This document shows, piece by piece, positions 10,864 through 21,393 of a stretch of 64,000 bases of DNA; position 1 is the stretch's first letter, and each line of letters opens with the position of its first letter. Origin of the DNA: Candidatus Multivoradales bacterium. GTDB lineage: Bacteria; Acidobacteriota; Thermoanaerobaculia; Multivoradales; J023. The notes beneath the pieces were generated by a model. It did not search any database. It saw only the letters and a program-made list of their open reading frames with translations, and was not told the DNA's origin. The stretch spans positions 2,240,001 through 2,304,000 of the forward strand of contig CBDFLE010000006.1 of NCBI GenBank assembly GCA_965248925.1, in the 5' to 3' direction. A program made the translations under genes and the position numbers.

Positions 10864-12243
10864 ATGCAGTCTTCTTCCCAGCCTGACTCCCCGCCGCCAC
10901 CGGTGCAAGTAATCGGCGCCGGACTGGCCGGCAGCGAGTGCGCCTACCAGCTCGCCCGCCGCGGCGTGCCGGTGGTGCTGTGGGAGATGCGCCCCGAGCG
11001 CCAAACCCCAGCCCACAAGACTGGCGACTTCGCCGAACTGGTGTGCAGCAACTCGCTGCGCAGCGACGATCCACTGCACGCCGCCGGCCTGCTGAAGCGA
11101 GAGATGGAGCGCTTCGGCTCACTGATCATCGCCGCGGCGCGGGCGGCGGCAGTGCCAGCGGGTAGCGCCCTGGCGGTCGACCGTGAGTATTTTGCCAGCG
11201 AGGTCTCACAGCGCCTGGAGAGTCAGCCGAACTTAGAGATCCGGCGCCAGGAGGTGACCGAGCTGCCCGCCGGCGAGGTGGTGCTGGCCACCGGCCCGCT
11301 GACCTCGGATTGCCTGGCCGCCGTGCTGCAAGAGCTGTTGGGAGAGGAGTACCTCTACTTCCACGACGCCATCGCCCCGATCGTCGAGGCCGACAGCCTC
11401 GATCTATCCAGGCTGTTTCGGGCTTCTCGCTACGGCAAAGGCGGCGCCGACTACTTGAACGCCCCTTTTGATCGCGATCAGTACCTGGCCTTCCACCAAG
11501 CCTTGCTCGACGCCGAGCTGGTCGAGCCCCACGCTTTCGAGAAAGCCAAGTTCTTCGAAGGCTGCTTGCCGGTCGAGGAAATCGCTTCGCGCGGGGTCGA
11601 TACGCTGCGCTTCGGCACCATGAAGCCGGTCGGCCTGACCACTCCCGAGGGGGTGCGCCCTTATGCCGTGGTGCAGCTGCGTCAAGAGGACCTGGCCCGC
11701 ACTCACTACAATCTGGTGGGCTTCCAATCGCGCATGAAGTGGGGAGAGCAGCAGCGGGTGCTGCGGATGATCCCCGGCCTGGAACAGGCTAAGTTCGTGC
11801 GCTTGGGCCAGATCCACCGCAACACCTTTATCAACTCGCCGGTCCACCTCGACAAGTTCTACCGCTTGCAGACGGCGCCACGGGTGCGCCTGGCAGGCCA
11901 GATCACCGGCGTCGAGGGCTACTTGGAGTCGGCCGCCACCGGCCTGGTGAGCGCTCTCTACCTATCCCTAGATCGCCGTGCCGCGACCTTCGAACCACTG
12001 CCAAGCACCACCGCCCTCGGTGCTCTGGCTCGCCATCTCACCGAGTCGACCGCCAAGCATTTTCAGCCCACCAACATCAACTACGGCCTGTTCGAGCCCC
12101 TGCCCGGACGGGTGCGCAAGCGCGAGCGGCGGGAGCGCCAGGCGGTGCGAGCGCACGCCGCTCTCGGCCAGTGGATCACTGGCCAGGGCTTCACCGACGA
12201 GAAACCACCGGTCGCCGAGCTAGCGCTCGCAACCGCCGACTGA
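10864..12243 (+). CDS. trmFO: Folate-dependent tRNA (uracil-54)-methyltransferase
   Basis: VIGAGLAGSEC, FAELVCSNSLRS and AGQITGVEGYLESAA motifs; ATG 10864 lies just after TATAAT. Confidence 0.95.
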   Translation: MQSSSQPDSPPPPVQVIGAGLAGSECAYQLARRGVPVVLWEMRPERQTPAHKTGDFAELVCSNSLRSDDPLHAAGLLKREMERFGSLIIAAARAAAVPAGSALAVDREYFASEVSQRLESQPNLEIRRQEVTELPAGEVVLATGPLTSDCLAAVLQELLGEEYLYFHDAIAPIVEADSLDLSRLFRASRYGKGGADYLNAPFDRDQYLAFHQALLDAELVEPHAFEKAKFFEGCLPVEEIASRGVDTLRFGTMKPVGLTTPEGVRPYAVVQLRQEDLARTHYNLVGFQSRMKWGEQQRVLRMIPGLEQAKFVRLGQIHRNTFINSPVHLDKFYRLQTAPRVRLAGQITGVEGYLESAATGLVSALYLSLDRRAATFEPLPSTTALGALARHLTESTAKHFQPTNINYGLFEPLPGRVRKRERRERQAVRAHAALGQWITGQGFTDEKPPVAELALATAD

Positions 12244-12260
12244 GGAGCCCGCCACGGCTG

Positions 12261-13229
12261 ATGCGGGATCTGGTCCATCGCTTTCTCGAACACCTCGACC
12301 TCGAGCGCCATCTCTCGACCCACACCCTGAGAGCCTACGAGGGCGATCTGCGGCGCTTTGGCGATTTCTTGGCCGGTAACTATCTCGGCCGCGAGTTGGA
12401 CCAGCTGCACCCAGCCGACGTCGAGCCCGCCGCGGTGCGTGCTTTCCTCGCCCGCGCCGCCCAGCAAGGCCTGTCGCGGAGCAGCCAGGCCCGCGCTCTG
12501 TCGGCAGTGCGCAGCCTGTTTGCCTACGCCTGTCGGCTGGGAGAGCTAGAGGCCAATCCGGCGCGCGGCGTCCGCACTCCCAAACAAGACCGCACGTTGC
12601 CCCGCCATCTGCGACCCACGGAAGCCAACGACTTGCTCGACGCCACCGACGGCAAGCGCCCCGAGGCCAGCACCACACCCGCCGACGAGGCCCTCGGCCA
12701 GCGCGACCAGGCACTGTTCGAGTTGCTCTATGCCACCGGCCTGCGAGTCGGCGAGTTGGTCAGTTTGGACTGGCCGGACCTCGACCTTGGCGGCCGGGTG
12801 TTGCGGGTGATGGGCAAAGGGGGCAAGGAGCGCATGGTGCCCTTTGGCCGGCCGGCGAGAGCCGCCCTCGATGATTGGCTGGATGGCTGGGAAGAAGTGC
12901 GAGCACGCCGCCGGGACACCACCAGCGACGGCGAACCAGTGTTTCTCCACCACCGCGGCGGCCGACTCAGCGCGCGGTCGGTGCGCCGCTTGCTCGATCG
13001 CTACAGCGCTGTTGCCGGGCTGCCGCCGGGAGTGCATCCCCACATGCTGCGCCACAGCTTCGCTACTCACCTGCTGGAAGGAGGGGCCGACCTGCGCGCC
13101 ATCCAAGAGCTGCTCGGCCACAGCTCCCTCGCCACCACCCAGCGCTACACCCATCTCGACATCGACCGGCTGCTGCGGGTCTATCGCCAGAGCCATCCGC
13201 GGGCCAAGGCGTCCTCGGATGACCCCTGA
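12261..13229 (+). CDS. xerC: Chromosomal tyrosine recombinase XerC
   Basis: LYATGLRVGEL, GKGGKER, HPHMLRHSFATHLL, LGH and TTQRYTH motifs; sits between trmFO and hslV. Confidence 0.93.
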   Translation: MRDLVHRFLEHLDLERHLSTHTLRAYEGDLRRFGDFLAGNYLGRELDQLHPADVEPAAVRAFLARAAQQGLSRSSQARALSAVRSLFAYACRLGELEANPARGVRTPKQDRTLPRHLRPTEANDLLDATDGKRPEASTTPADEALGQRDQALFELLYATGLRVGELVSLDWPDLDLGGRVLRVMGKGGKERMVPFGRPARAALDDWLDGWEEVRARRRDTTSDGEPVFLHHRGGRLSARSVRRLLDRYSAVAGLPPGVHPHMLRHSFATHLLEGGADLRAIQELLGHSSLATTQRYTHLDIDRLLRVYRQSHPRAKASSDDP

Positions 13230-13308
13230 GCAACTTCTTAAAGCCGACGATATCCAGCAGAAGACGGCCTGCGAAACCGGGTTGCACGCTGATACAATCG
13301 GCCGCCTA

Positions 13309-13893
13309 ATGAACAGCCTACAAGCTGGATTTAGCCCAGCAACTCCATATGATGCGCAGCCGCGCTGCCGCTCGACGACCGTCTTATTGGTCCGTCACCA
13401 GGGGCGCACGGTGATGGCCAGCGATGGCCAAGTCACCATCAACGACACGGTCATCAAGCGCGGTGCCGCCAAGGTCAAACGCATTGGCCGCGGCGATATC
13501 TTGGTCGGCTTCGCCGGCAGCGCCGCCGATGGCCTGGCGCTGGTCACCCGCTTCGAAAGCAAACTCGACGAGTTTCAGAGCAACCTGGAGCGTTCGGTGG
13601 TCGAGCTGGCCAAGGATTGGCGCACCGACCGGGTGCTGCGCCAACTGCAAGCGATGATGGTGATCGCCAGCAAGACGCAGAGTTTTCTGATGTCGGGCAC
13701 CGGTGACCTGCTGCAACCCGACGATGACGGTGTGTTGGCGATCGGCTCGGGCTCCAACTATGCCTTGGCGGCCGCGCGGGCGCTGAGTTCTCACACCAAG
13801 CTCAACGCGCGACAGATTGTCGTCGAGTCGATGCGGATCGCCGCCGACATTTGTATCTACACTAACGACCAACTGACCGTCGAAGAGGTCTAG
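13309..13893 (+). CDS. hslV: ATP-dependent protease peptidase subunit
   Basis: STTVLLV...[30 protein letters not shown] and ICIYTN motifs. Confidence 0.95.
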   Translation: MNSLQAGFSPATPYDAQPRCRSTTVLLVRHQGRTVMASDGQVTINDTVIKRGAAKVKRIGRGDILVGFAGSAADGLALVTRFESKLDEFQSNLERSVVELAKDWRTDRVLRQLQAMMVIASKTQSFLMSGTGDLLQPDDDGVLAIGSGSNYALAAARALSSHTKLNARQIVVESMRIAADICIYTNDQLTVEEV

Positions 13894-13900
13894 AGCAGAG

Positions 13901-15295
13901 ATGGGTAGTCCGCAAAAGTCTATGGCCTCGAATTCGAGTCTGGCAGCAAACAACTTGTCGATCGAGGATCTGACCCCCCGTGAAATCGTCGTCGAACTCG
14001 ACAAATATGTAGTCGGGCAAGGCGACGCCAAGCGCGCCGTAGCGGTGGCCCTGCGCAATCGCTGGCGACGCCAGCGGATCGAGGGACCGTTGGCCGACGA
14101 GATCATGCCGAAGAACATCTTGATGATCGGCCCCACCGGCGTCGGCAAGACCGAGATCGCCCGGCGCCTGGCCAAACTCGCCCGGGCGCCGTTCCTCAAG
14201 GTCGAGGCCAGCAAGTTCACCGAGGTGGGCTATGTCGGCCGCGATGTCGAATCGATGGTGCGAGACCTCACTGAATTCGCCGTCCTCATGGTCAAGGAGG
14301 AGAAGCGCCGGGCGGTGCAAGAATCAGCCGCCGAACGCGCCGAAGAGCGGCTGTTGCAACTACTGGTGCCGGCCTCACCGACCAGCTTTCTCGGTAGCGC
14401 GGGGGAGAGCGACCTCAATCCGACGCGAGAGAAGTTCCGCACCCGGCTGCGCGCCGGCAAATTAGACGACCGCCAGGTCGAGATCGAAACCGATGAGACC
14501 CGCTTCCCCAGCCTGGAGATGTTCACCCCTCATGGCGGCGTCGAAGAAGTCGGTCTGAACATGAAAGACGTCATGCCGGGTCTATTCGGCCGCAAGCAGC
14601 AGCAGAATATGACCGTCGCTGAAGCGCGAGAAACGCTGCGCCAACAGGAAGCGGACAAGCTGATCGACCAACGGCAGATGGCCAAAGAAGCGATCGAGCG
14701 GGTCGAGCAGGGCGGCATGATCTTCCTCGACGAGATCGACAAAGTGGCCGGGCGCGAAGGCGGTCGCGGCCCAGACATCTCCCGCGAAGGCGTCCAGCGC
14801 GACCTCTTGCCAATCATCGAAGGCACCACCGTCAACACCAAGTACGGCATCGTCAAGACCGATCACATCTTGTTCCTCGCCGCTGGCGCCTTCCACATCT
14901 CCAAACCCTCGGATCTGATCCCCGAACTCCAGGGTCGGCTGCCGATCCGGGTCGAACTCCAACCCCTGGGCAAGAAAGAGTTCGTACGCATCCTCACTGA
15001 GCCTGAAGCGTCGCTGACCAAGCAGTACTCGGCCTTGTTGGCCACCGAAGACATCGAATTGAGCTTCACCCGCGGGGCGGTGGAAGAAGTCGCCCAACTC
15101 GCCGTTGAGGTCAACTCACAGACTGAAAATATCGGCGCGCGCCGATTGGCTACGCTGATGGAGCGCTTGCTCGAAGAGATCTCTTTCGAAGCGCCGGAGA
15201 AATCCGGGACGAAATTCAAGGTCGACGCCAGGTACGTTCGCAAAGCGCTGGCCGACATCGTCAAAGACGAGGACCTTAGCCGCTATGTGCTCTGA
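13901..15295 (+). CDS. hslU: ATP-dependent protease ATPase subunit
   Basis: [33 protein letters not shown] and DLSRYVL motifs. Confidence 0.97.
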   Translation: MGSPQKSMASNSSLAANNLSIEDLTPREIVVELDKYVVGQGDAKRAVAVALRNRWRRQRIEGPLADEIMPKNILMIGPTGVGKTEIARRLAKLARAPFLKVEASKFTEVGYVGRDVESMVRDLTEFAVLMVKEEKRRAVQESAAERAEERLLQLLVPASPTSFLGSAGESDLNPTREKFRTRLRAGKLDDRQVEIETDETRFPSLEMFTPHGGVEEVGLNMKDVMPGLFGRKQQQNMTVAEARETLRQQEADKLIDQRQMAKEAIERVEQGGMIFLDEIDKVAGREGGRGPDISREGVQRDLLPIIEGTTVNTKYGIVKTDHILFLAAGAFHISKPSDLIPELQGRLPIRVELQPLGKKEFVRILTEPEASLTKQYSALLATEDIELSFTRGAVEEVAQLAVEVNSQTENIGARRLATLMERLLEEISFEAPEKSGTKFKVDARYVRKALADIVKDEDLSRYVL

Positions 15296-16385
15296 TCTCG
15301 CCATGCAACCCAGCAGCCGGCGGGCAGTCGGTCAACGAGCAAAAATCACCCTGCTCACCCTGCTCGCCTCGATCGCGACCTTGACCACGGCTTGTGGCAA
15401 GCAAGGCGATCCGCTGCCGCCGCTGCGCCAGACGCCGCAACAAGTTCGCGACCTCGAACTGCGGCAGCAGGGCCAATCGCTGCTCTTCGACATGTCCTAT
15501 CCGGCCACCACCACCGGTGGCTTGGCGCTCGGCGGCATCGAGTCCTTGGAGCTGCTCGAGCTGGTCAAGGAGACCCGCGACGGGGAAGCGCCGCCGGTGG
15601 ACGGCACTGAGTTCGAACGCGCCGCCACCCCTCTGCTGACTCTGCGCGGCACCAGCTTGAGCAGCAGCATCTCCGGCGATCGGCTGCTGATTCGGGTGCC
15701 GCTGGCTGACCCGCTGCCCGAGCCCCTCCAGGCCCACTACTTCGCGGTTCGCTGCAGCAAGGGCATCGAGATCTCGGCGATCTCTAATCGAGTGCAGATC
15801 ATTCCCGAAGAACCGCCAGCCGCACCGCTGAATTTCACCGTCGAAGCCACCGCCCGAGGAGTGCGGCTGCGCTGGGAGAATCAGGACGAACGCGCCATTG
15901 GCTTCGATGTCTATCGACGGCCTGCCAGCCTGCGCGGCTACGGCCAGCCAATAGCTCGGACCAAAGCCGAAGCCGACAACCACCTCGACCGCGGCGCCCG
16001 CTTTGGCCAGCGCTACATCTACACCGTGCGCACCGCCACCTCGCGCGAGCCGTTGATCGAAAGCGCCGAAGCCGGCGAAGTCGAAGTACTCTACGAAGAC
16101 CGCTTCGCGCCCTCCCTACCCCGCAACTTCGTCGCTTTGGCCGAGCAAGGCAGCGTGCGCCTGCGGTGGGACGCCAGTAGCGCCGAGGATGTCGCCGGCT
16201 ACATCATTTACCGCCAAGATCCGGGCCGTGAGTATCACCGGGTGACCGACCGTCAGATCACCGCCAATGAGTATCTCGACCGCGGTCTGGTGACCGGCTT
16301 GAGCTATTCCTACAAGATCCAGGTGGTCGATCAGGAAGGCAATGAGAGCGCACAGAGTCAGCCGGTCAGCACCACGGTTCGCTAG
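15285..16385 (+). CDS. Lipoprotein with fibronectin type III repeats
   Basis: Lipobox [13 protein letters not shown]; FN3 patterns (VRLRW...YIIYR...Y.Y.IQVVD..GNES). Confidence 0.82.
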   Translation: MCSDLAMQPSSRRAVGQRAKITLLTLLASIATLTTACGKQGDPLPPLRQTPQQVRDLELRQQGQSLLFDMSYPATTTGGLALGGIESLELLELVKETRDGEAPPVDGTEFERAATPLLTLRGTSLSSSISGDRLLIRVPLADPLPEPLQAHYFAVRCSKGIEISAISNRVQIIPEEPPAAPLNFTVEATARGVRLRWENQDERAIGFDVYRRPASLRGYGQPIARTKAEADNHLDRGARFGQRYIYTVRTATSREPLIESAEAGEVEVLYEDRFAPSLPRNFVALAEQGSVRLRWDASSAEDVAGYIIYRQDPGREYHRVTDRQITANEYLDRGLVTGLSYSYKIQVVDQEGNESAQSQPVSTTVR

Positions 16386-16438
16386 AACCCACCGGCAACA
16401 CTGCCCACGTCCGAGTTGCAGCGGATAGGATTAGACCT

Positions 16439-17479
16439 ATGTGCAGATCTCGAACCAGGCAACCCGTCTTTGTTTCCCCGCTCAGCGGCGCCGTCGTGAG
16501 CTTCCTTTTCCTCGGCGGCGCCATCCTTCTGGCCAGCTTGCCAGCCAACGCCCAGCCGGTGCGTTTATCGGTTCCGGTGTACGGGGTCACCGCCGAGGTG
16601 GAGATTCGCGACATTCGCCGCGAGCAGGCAGAAGTGTTGGCGCGAGCGGCACTGACCCAGATCTTCGAACTCAGTCAGGTCTTCGACACCACCTCACAGC
16701 AGCCCGGCAGTCTCGGCATATTCAATGCTAAAGCGGGCGATGGGCCGCAAACGCTCGATCCCCAAGCCTACCAACTGCTGCTTCGCGGCGCGCAGTTCTG
16801 CCTTTGGTCGAGCGGCGCCTACGGCCCTTTGGGCGGCCCCTTGCGCCATTTCTGGCAGGATCGAGAACGCCATGGCCTCGAAGACCCACAGGTCTTCAGT
16901 CTGGCACTGGCGGCAGCTGATTGCGACCACTTGCGAATGGCGGCCGCCACAACTTCGAGCGCCGAGCTAAACTCAGGTAGCCAGGTGGACGGCTGGGGAC
17001 TGCGCGAGGGCCTGACCGTCGATCTGGCCATGGAGCAACTGGCCGCCAGCGGCGTGCGCAATGCTTGGATCGAGATTGGCCCGGTGACCCGAGGCATGGG
17101 TGACGGCCCCAGCGGCGAGGGCTGGCCAGTAAGCCTGGCCACCCTTCCCGGAACTAGCGAGCCCATCGGCCGCATACTGCTAGTCGACCAGGCCTTGGCG
17201 GCGGCGCGGAGTCCGGAACACGGCGCCAGTCCCTATGTCGACCAACGGTCCGGGCGACTCGCGGAAGGCACGGTCGCAGTCTTTGTAGTCACTGAGAAGG
17301 CGGCGGATGCCCAAGCTCTAGCGACCACCCTATTCGTCACCGGCATGCGCGACGGACATCGACGCTTAGGCTCCTTATCCCCCCGCCCAGCGGTGCTGTG
17401 GTTGCTTGGCAAAGGAGGGGGACAGCCCCTAGAAGCCACCTACCGCTGGTCGACAGTCAAGCGGTTCGAGCCCCGCTGA
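16439..17479 (+). CDS. FAD:protein FMN transferase (ApbE-like, divergent)
   Basis: ApbE-like layout: SSGAYGP, DGWGLREGLTVD, EIG, VDQRSG, ADAQALATTLFV. Confidence 0.75.
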   Translation: MCRSRTRQPVFVSPLSGAVVSFLFLGGAILLASLPANAQPVRLSVPVYGVTAEVEIRDIRREQAEVLARAALTQIFELSQVFDTTSQQPGSLGIFNAKAGDGPQTLDPQAYQLLLRGAQFCLWSSGAYGPLGGPLRHFWQDRERHGLEDPQVFSLALAAADCDHLRMAAATTSSAELNSGSQVDGWGLREGLTVDLAMEQLAASGVRNAWIEIGPVTRGMGDGPSGEGWPVSLATLPGTSEPIGRILLVDQALAAARSPEHGASPYVDQRSGRLAEGTVAVFVVTEKAADAQALATTLFVTGMRDGHRRLGSLSPRPAVLWLLGKGGGQPLEATYRWSTVKRFEPR

Positions 17480-17486
17480 GCTGCAA

Positions 17487-18527
17487 TCAATCGGCCTCGG
17501 CGGCAAAGACTCGCAGCCCCTGTTGCCGCCGTAAACGCAGGCGCACCCGCTGCCCCACCGCTGTCCTTTTTGACGACAATACTCGCACCACCAGGCGGGC
17601 GTGGCCATCGATGGCAATCTCATCGAGGCGATCATGGCCAAAGAAAGTCTGCCCACAAACCTCGCCAGCACAACCTTCCGCGGCCGCCGCCGGCAGCAGT
17701 TCGAGATCTTCGGGACGTAACAGCACCAACGCTGAGCCGTCTTGGAGCGGGCAAGGAATGGGACCAAAACAAGACAACGCCGCACCACCCCGCACTTCGC
17801 AAGGCAGCAGTTGACCATCGCCCAAGAAACGCGCCACCTCGACACTGAGCGGATTGCCGTAGACCTCCTCCGGCCGGCCGCTCTGCAACACCCGGCCGTT
17901 ATGCATGACCACTATCCGGTCGGCGATACTCAGCGCTTCTTCTTGATCGTGAGTCACCAAAATCGCCGTAGCTCCGGCATCACGCAGAATCTGACAGACC
18001 TCCTCCCGCACCCGCTTGCGCAACCCAGCGTCGAGGGCCGCGAAGGGTTCGTCGAGCAACACCAACCGCGGCGCCGGGGCCAACGCTCGAGCCAGCGCCA
18101 CCCGCTGCTGCTCGCCTCCCGACAGCTGGTCAGGGTAGCGGCCGCCGAGGTCGGCCAGGCCCACCAGCTCCAAGACCTCGCGAGCGCGGCGTTGGCGCCC
18201 CGGCTTCCGGCGCAGGCCGTAGAGCACATTGTCGAGCACCTTGAGATGGGGAAAGAGCGCCCCTTGCTGAAAAACCATGCCCACCCGCCGGCGTTCCGGC
18301 GCCACCCAGCAGTCGGTCCCGCTCACTTGTTGGCCGTCGATCGTCACCGTACCGGCATGGGGAACCTCAAAGCCCGCCACCGCCCGCAGCAGGCTGGTCT
18401 TGCCACAGCCGCTCGGTCCCACCAAGACGGTGAGTTCAGCGGCCTGCGCTTCGAGGTTGACCCCGGCCAGCGCCAGGTGGTCCCCTCGCCACAGCTCGAC
18501 CCCACGCAGCTCAAGTGCCTTGTTCAT
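17487..18527 (-). CDS. Fe3+ ABC transporter ATP-binding protein (FbpC-like)
   Basis: GPSGCGKT, LSGGEQQR, LLDEPF and VTHDQEEA motifs. Confidence 0.92.
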   Translation of the reverse strand: MNKALELRGVELWRGDHLALAGVNLEAQAAELTVLVGPSGCGKTSLLRAVAGFEVPHAGTVTIDGQQVSGTDCWVAPERRRVGMVFQQGALFPHLKVLDNVLYGLRRKPGRQRRAREVLELVGLADLGGRYPDQLSGGEQQRVALARALAPAPRLVLLDEPFAALDAGLRKRVREEVCQILRDAGATAILVTHDQEEALSIADRIVVMHNGRVLQSGRPEEVYGNPLSVEVARFLGDGQLLPCEVRGGAALSCFGPIPCPLQDGSALVLLRPEDLELLPAAAAEGCAGEVCGQTFFGHDRLDEIAIDGHARLVVRVLSSKRTAVGQRVRLRLRRQQGLRVFAAEAD

Positions 18528-20149
18528 CGGCCGCCCTCGGCGAGGGCCGGACGAATGATCCACCAGTAGACCGGTGGACCCGTCACCAACACCAAGGCCA
18601 AAGCCGGCGCCGACGCCGCGGAGTAGATTCCTTCCGCAGCGTAGCTCCAGATCTCGCTGGCCAACGTCTCGTAACCGATCGGCCGCAGCAGCAAGGTGGC
18701 TGGCAGCTCCTTCATCGAGGTCAAGAAGACCAGGCCGGCGCCAGCCAACATTCCCGGCAGGATCAGCGGCAGCACCAGGGTGCGAAGAACCTCGGCCGGA
18801 CTCCGCCCCAGACTACGGGCGGCTTCCTCGAATACCGGCGCCACGCCAGCCAGCGCTCCACGGGTCGCTGAAGTTGCCTGCGGCAGAAAACGAATCACGT
18901 AGGCCAGGGCGAGCAGGGGCAGAGTCTGGTAGAGCGGCCGGGTCCAACGGACGGCGAAGAACACCAACGACAGGGCGATCACCAACCCCGGCAAAGCATA
19001 GCCGGCATAGGTCAGCCGCTCCACCCAGCGCGCCGTCTTGCTGCTGTGGCGCACCGACCAAACGGCGATTGGCAACGACAGGCCAACCGCGCAGATCGCC
19101 GCCAAGGCGGAAACGCTGAACGAGCGTAGAGCCGGAGCCAGCACCTTGGTCAAAGCCGCGGGATCGAACAGGCCCATGCCGCCCCAGAGCGCGACTACCA
19201 CCAACGGCACCCCGACGTTGAGGGCCACCAACGAAGCGACGGTGAAGGTCGCTGGCCAGCGCCAGGCGCCCAAGGCCAGACGCTCCGCAGGCGCCGTCGG
19301 CCGGCTACGGTGCGGCCGTTGGCCGCCCACCAGCCAAGCCTCGCCAGCGATTAGCAGCAACGTGACCACCACCAGCACGCTGGCCAGTGCCGCCGCCGTG
19401 GTGCGGTCGAAAATTCCCTGGTAGGCGTTATAGATCGACAGAGTGAAAGTGTTGTATCGCACAATTGACACCGCGCCGAAATCCGACAGGGTGTAGAGAG
19501 CCACCAACAGGGCACCGCCAGAGAGCACCTGCCGCAGCTGCGGCAGGATCACGGTGAAGAAAATCCGCAGCCGGCTAGCGCCGAGACTGCGAGCGCTCTC
19601 CTCAAGCTCCGGATCCAGCCGCCGCATGGCCCCCACCAGAGGCAGGTAGATGTAGGGATAAGTGAACAGACCCAGAGCGACCAATGCCCCGGAATAGCCA
19701 TAAACAAGGTCGGGTAGCTGAGTGATACCGAGCCAACTCTGCAATGCTCCTCGAGGACCCAGAGCCGCCACCAGGGCAAAGGCCGCGACATAGGACGGAA
19801 AAACCAACGGCAAGGCGGCCAACAAGGCCCACGCGCGACGTCCGGGCAGGTCGGTGCGGGCCACCAACCAAGCCAGCGGCACCGCTACCACAACTGCCAG
19901 AGTCACCGTGCCGATCACCAACAACAAGGTGCGACCGACCAGAGCAGCTATCCTCGGTGTGCAAACCCAGCGCAGATAGACCCCGAGTCCACCCTCTGAG
20001 GCGCGCAAGAAAATGTACAGCAGAGGCAGCAGTACCACCGCGGCGGTAACTACCGCCGGCAGCACCCAGATCAGCGGCGCTCTGCGCCGACGGCGCGGCC
20101 CAGCGGCGGCCGCTGCCGGCAGGGCTGGCTCGGGGAGCTGCTGCACCAC
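18524..20149 (-). CDS. Fe3+ ABC transporter permease (FbpB-like)
   Basis: Multiple TM helices and two EAA loops (LEESARSLG, FEEAARSLG). Confidence 0.92.
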   Translation of the reverse strand: MVQQLPEPALPAAAAAGPRRRRRAPLIWVLPAVVTAAVVLLPLLYIFLRASEGGLGVYLRWVCTPRIAALVGRTLLLVIGTVTLAVVVAVPLAWLVARTDLPGRRAWALLAALPLVFPSYVAAFALVAALGPRGALQSWLGITQLPDLVYGYSGALVALGLFTYPYIYLPLVGAMRRLDPELEESARSLGASRLRIFFTVILPQLRQVLSGGALLVALYTLSDFGAVSIVRYNTFTLSIYNAYQGIFDRTTAAALASVLVVVTLLLIAGEAWLVGGQRPHRSRPTAPAERLALGAWRWPATFTVASLVALNVGVPLVVVALWGGMGLFDPAALTKVLAPALRSFSVSALAAICAVGLSLPIAVWSVRHSSKTARWVERLTYAGYALPGLVIALSLVFFAVRWTRPLYQTLPLLALAYVIRFLPQATSATRGALAGVAPVFEEAARSLGRSPAEVLRTLVLPLILPGMLAGAGLVFLTSMKELPATLLLRPIGYETLASEIWSYAAEGIYSAASAPALALVLVTGPPVYWWIIRPALAEGGR

Positions 20150-20162
20150 TCTCAAAACCTCG

Positions 20163-21233
20163 CTACAGCAGGCCCGAGGCGGCAATCGCCTCCTGTGCCG
20201 GCACCAACTCGACGGCGACCCGCGAGAAGTCGACCTGCCCCGCAACCTGGTCGGCCAGCGGCATCAGTTCCACCGCCGGCTCGATTCCGCTGACCAGCGG
20301 ATACTCGTAGGTCTCGGTGGCGAAGTAGGTCTGGGCGTCATCCGACACCAGGTAGCGCATCAGTTTCAGAGCCGCGGCGCTAGCGCTGAGAGTTCCAGCC
20401 CCAGCCATGTTGAGAAAGGTCGAGCCCAGGTCCTCGTCCATCCAAAAATTCTTCGCCGACGCCGCAGGGTTCTCGGCCAGCACCCGCCACAGGTAGTAGT
20501 GATTGACTAGGCCGAAGTCGACCTCACCGTTCACTACCGCCTCGACAATGGCGCTGTTCATGGGATAGCGCTGAGGTTGGTTGGCGACCAGGCCCGCCAG
20601 CAACTGATCAAGCCGCTCACCGCCATGTAGTGCGCGATAGAGCGCCAGATGAGCCTGCAACGAGGCGTTGGCGGGAGCAATGCCGAAACGCCCCCGGTAA
20701 CGCTCCTCGGTAACCTGCTGCAGACTGCGGGGCAGCTCTTCGACCGCGATCCGCTCGGGGTTATAGACCACCGTCCGCGCCCGTCCCGACAAACCGACCC
20801 AATCGCCGCTGGCTGAGGAGAATCGCTGCTCTACCCGCCGCAGCACCTCCTCGGGCAGAGGTTGCAACAAGCCAGCCGCGGAAACCGCCGCCAAGGCAGC
20901 CGCGTCTTGAGCCAAGAAGACATCCGCCGGACTGCCTGTGCCCTCCTCAAGAATCGTTGCGGCCAACTCGGCGGTGCCGCCATAGCGCACCTGAACCTCG
21001 ATTCCGGACGCCTTCTCAAAACGCTCCAGCAGTGGACCCACCAGACTCTTGCTGCGACCGCTGTAGATCACCAAAGACCGCTCTGCCTGCTCCTGCTCGT
21101 GCTCAGCAACCGTCTCGTCGTGGTCCGCCGGCGACGAGCAAGCCAGCGGCAGAAGCAATAAGAAGGCCAGCCCCAGACCTGAGCCACGGCCTCGAACTCG
21201 GTAGATCGCTCGGGGGTTTCTAATTATCACCAA
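20163..21233 (-). CDS. Fe3+ ABC transporter substrate-binding lipoprotein (FbpA/FutA-like)
   Basis: Lipobox LAC; LVIYSGR, SPADVF, VNHYY (iron-binding YY) and YEYP motifs. Confidence 0.92.
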   Translation of the reverse strand: MVIIRNPRAIYRVRGRGSGLGLAFLLLLPLACSSPADHDETVAEHEQEQAERSLVIYSGRSKSLVGPLLERFEKASGIEVQVRYGGTAELAATILEEGTGSPADVFLAQDAAALAAVSAAGLLQPLPEEVLRRVEQRFSSASGDWVGLSGRARTVVYNPERIAVEELPRSLQQVTEERYRGRFGIAPANASLQAHLALYRALHGGERLDQLLAGLVANQPQRYPMNSAIVEAVVNGEVDFGLVNHYYLWRVLAENPAASAKNFWMDEDLGSTFLNMAGAGTLSASAAALKLMRYLVSDDAQTYFATETYEYPLVSGIEPAVELMPLADQVAGQVDFSRVAVELVPAQEAIAASGLL

Positions 21234-21249
21234 AACATCTCCGATGATT

Positions 21250-21268
21250 TTTGAGAATCTATCTCAAT
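21250..21268. promoter_or_regulatory. Fur-box-like operator upstream of the iron ABC operon
   Basis: AT-rich dyad tTTGAGAATCTATCTCAAt resembling TGAGAATnATTCTCA, 17-35 bp upstream of the binding-protein ORF. Confidence 0.7.
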
Positions 21269-21393
21269 AAAGAGACCCTCATTCTCGACCTTTTTAGTCT
21301 GGTTTGTCAACAGAGACGGCATCGGCTTGCTGCCGATGATTCGCCAGTCAATCGCTAGCGGGCCGCGGCCTGCTCGGGGTCCAGGACGCGGTC

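Noticed and set aside
12261-13229. Tyrosine recombinase as the island integrase
   Set aside because: It has a housekeeping XerC sequence and context, 23 kb from the island edge.
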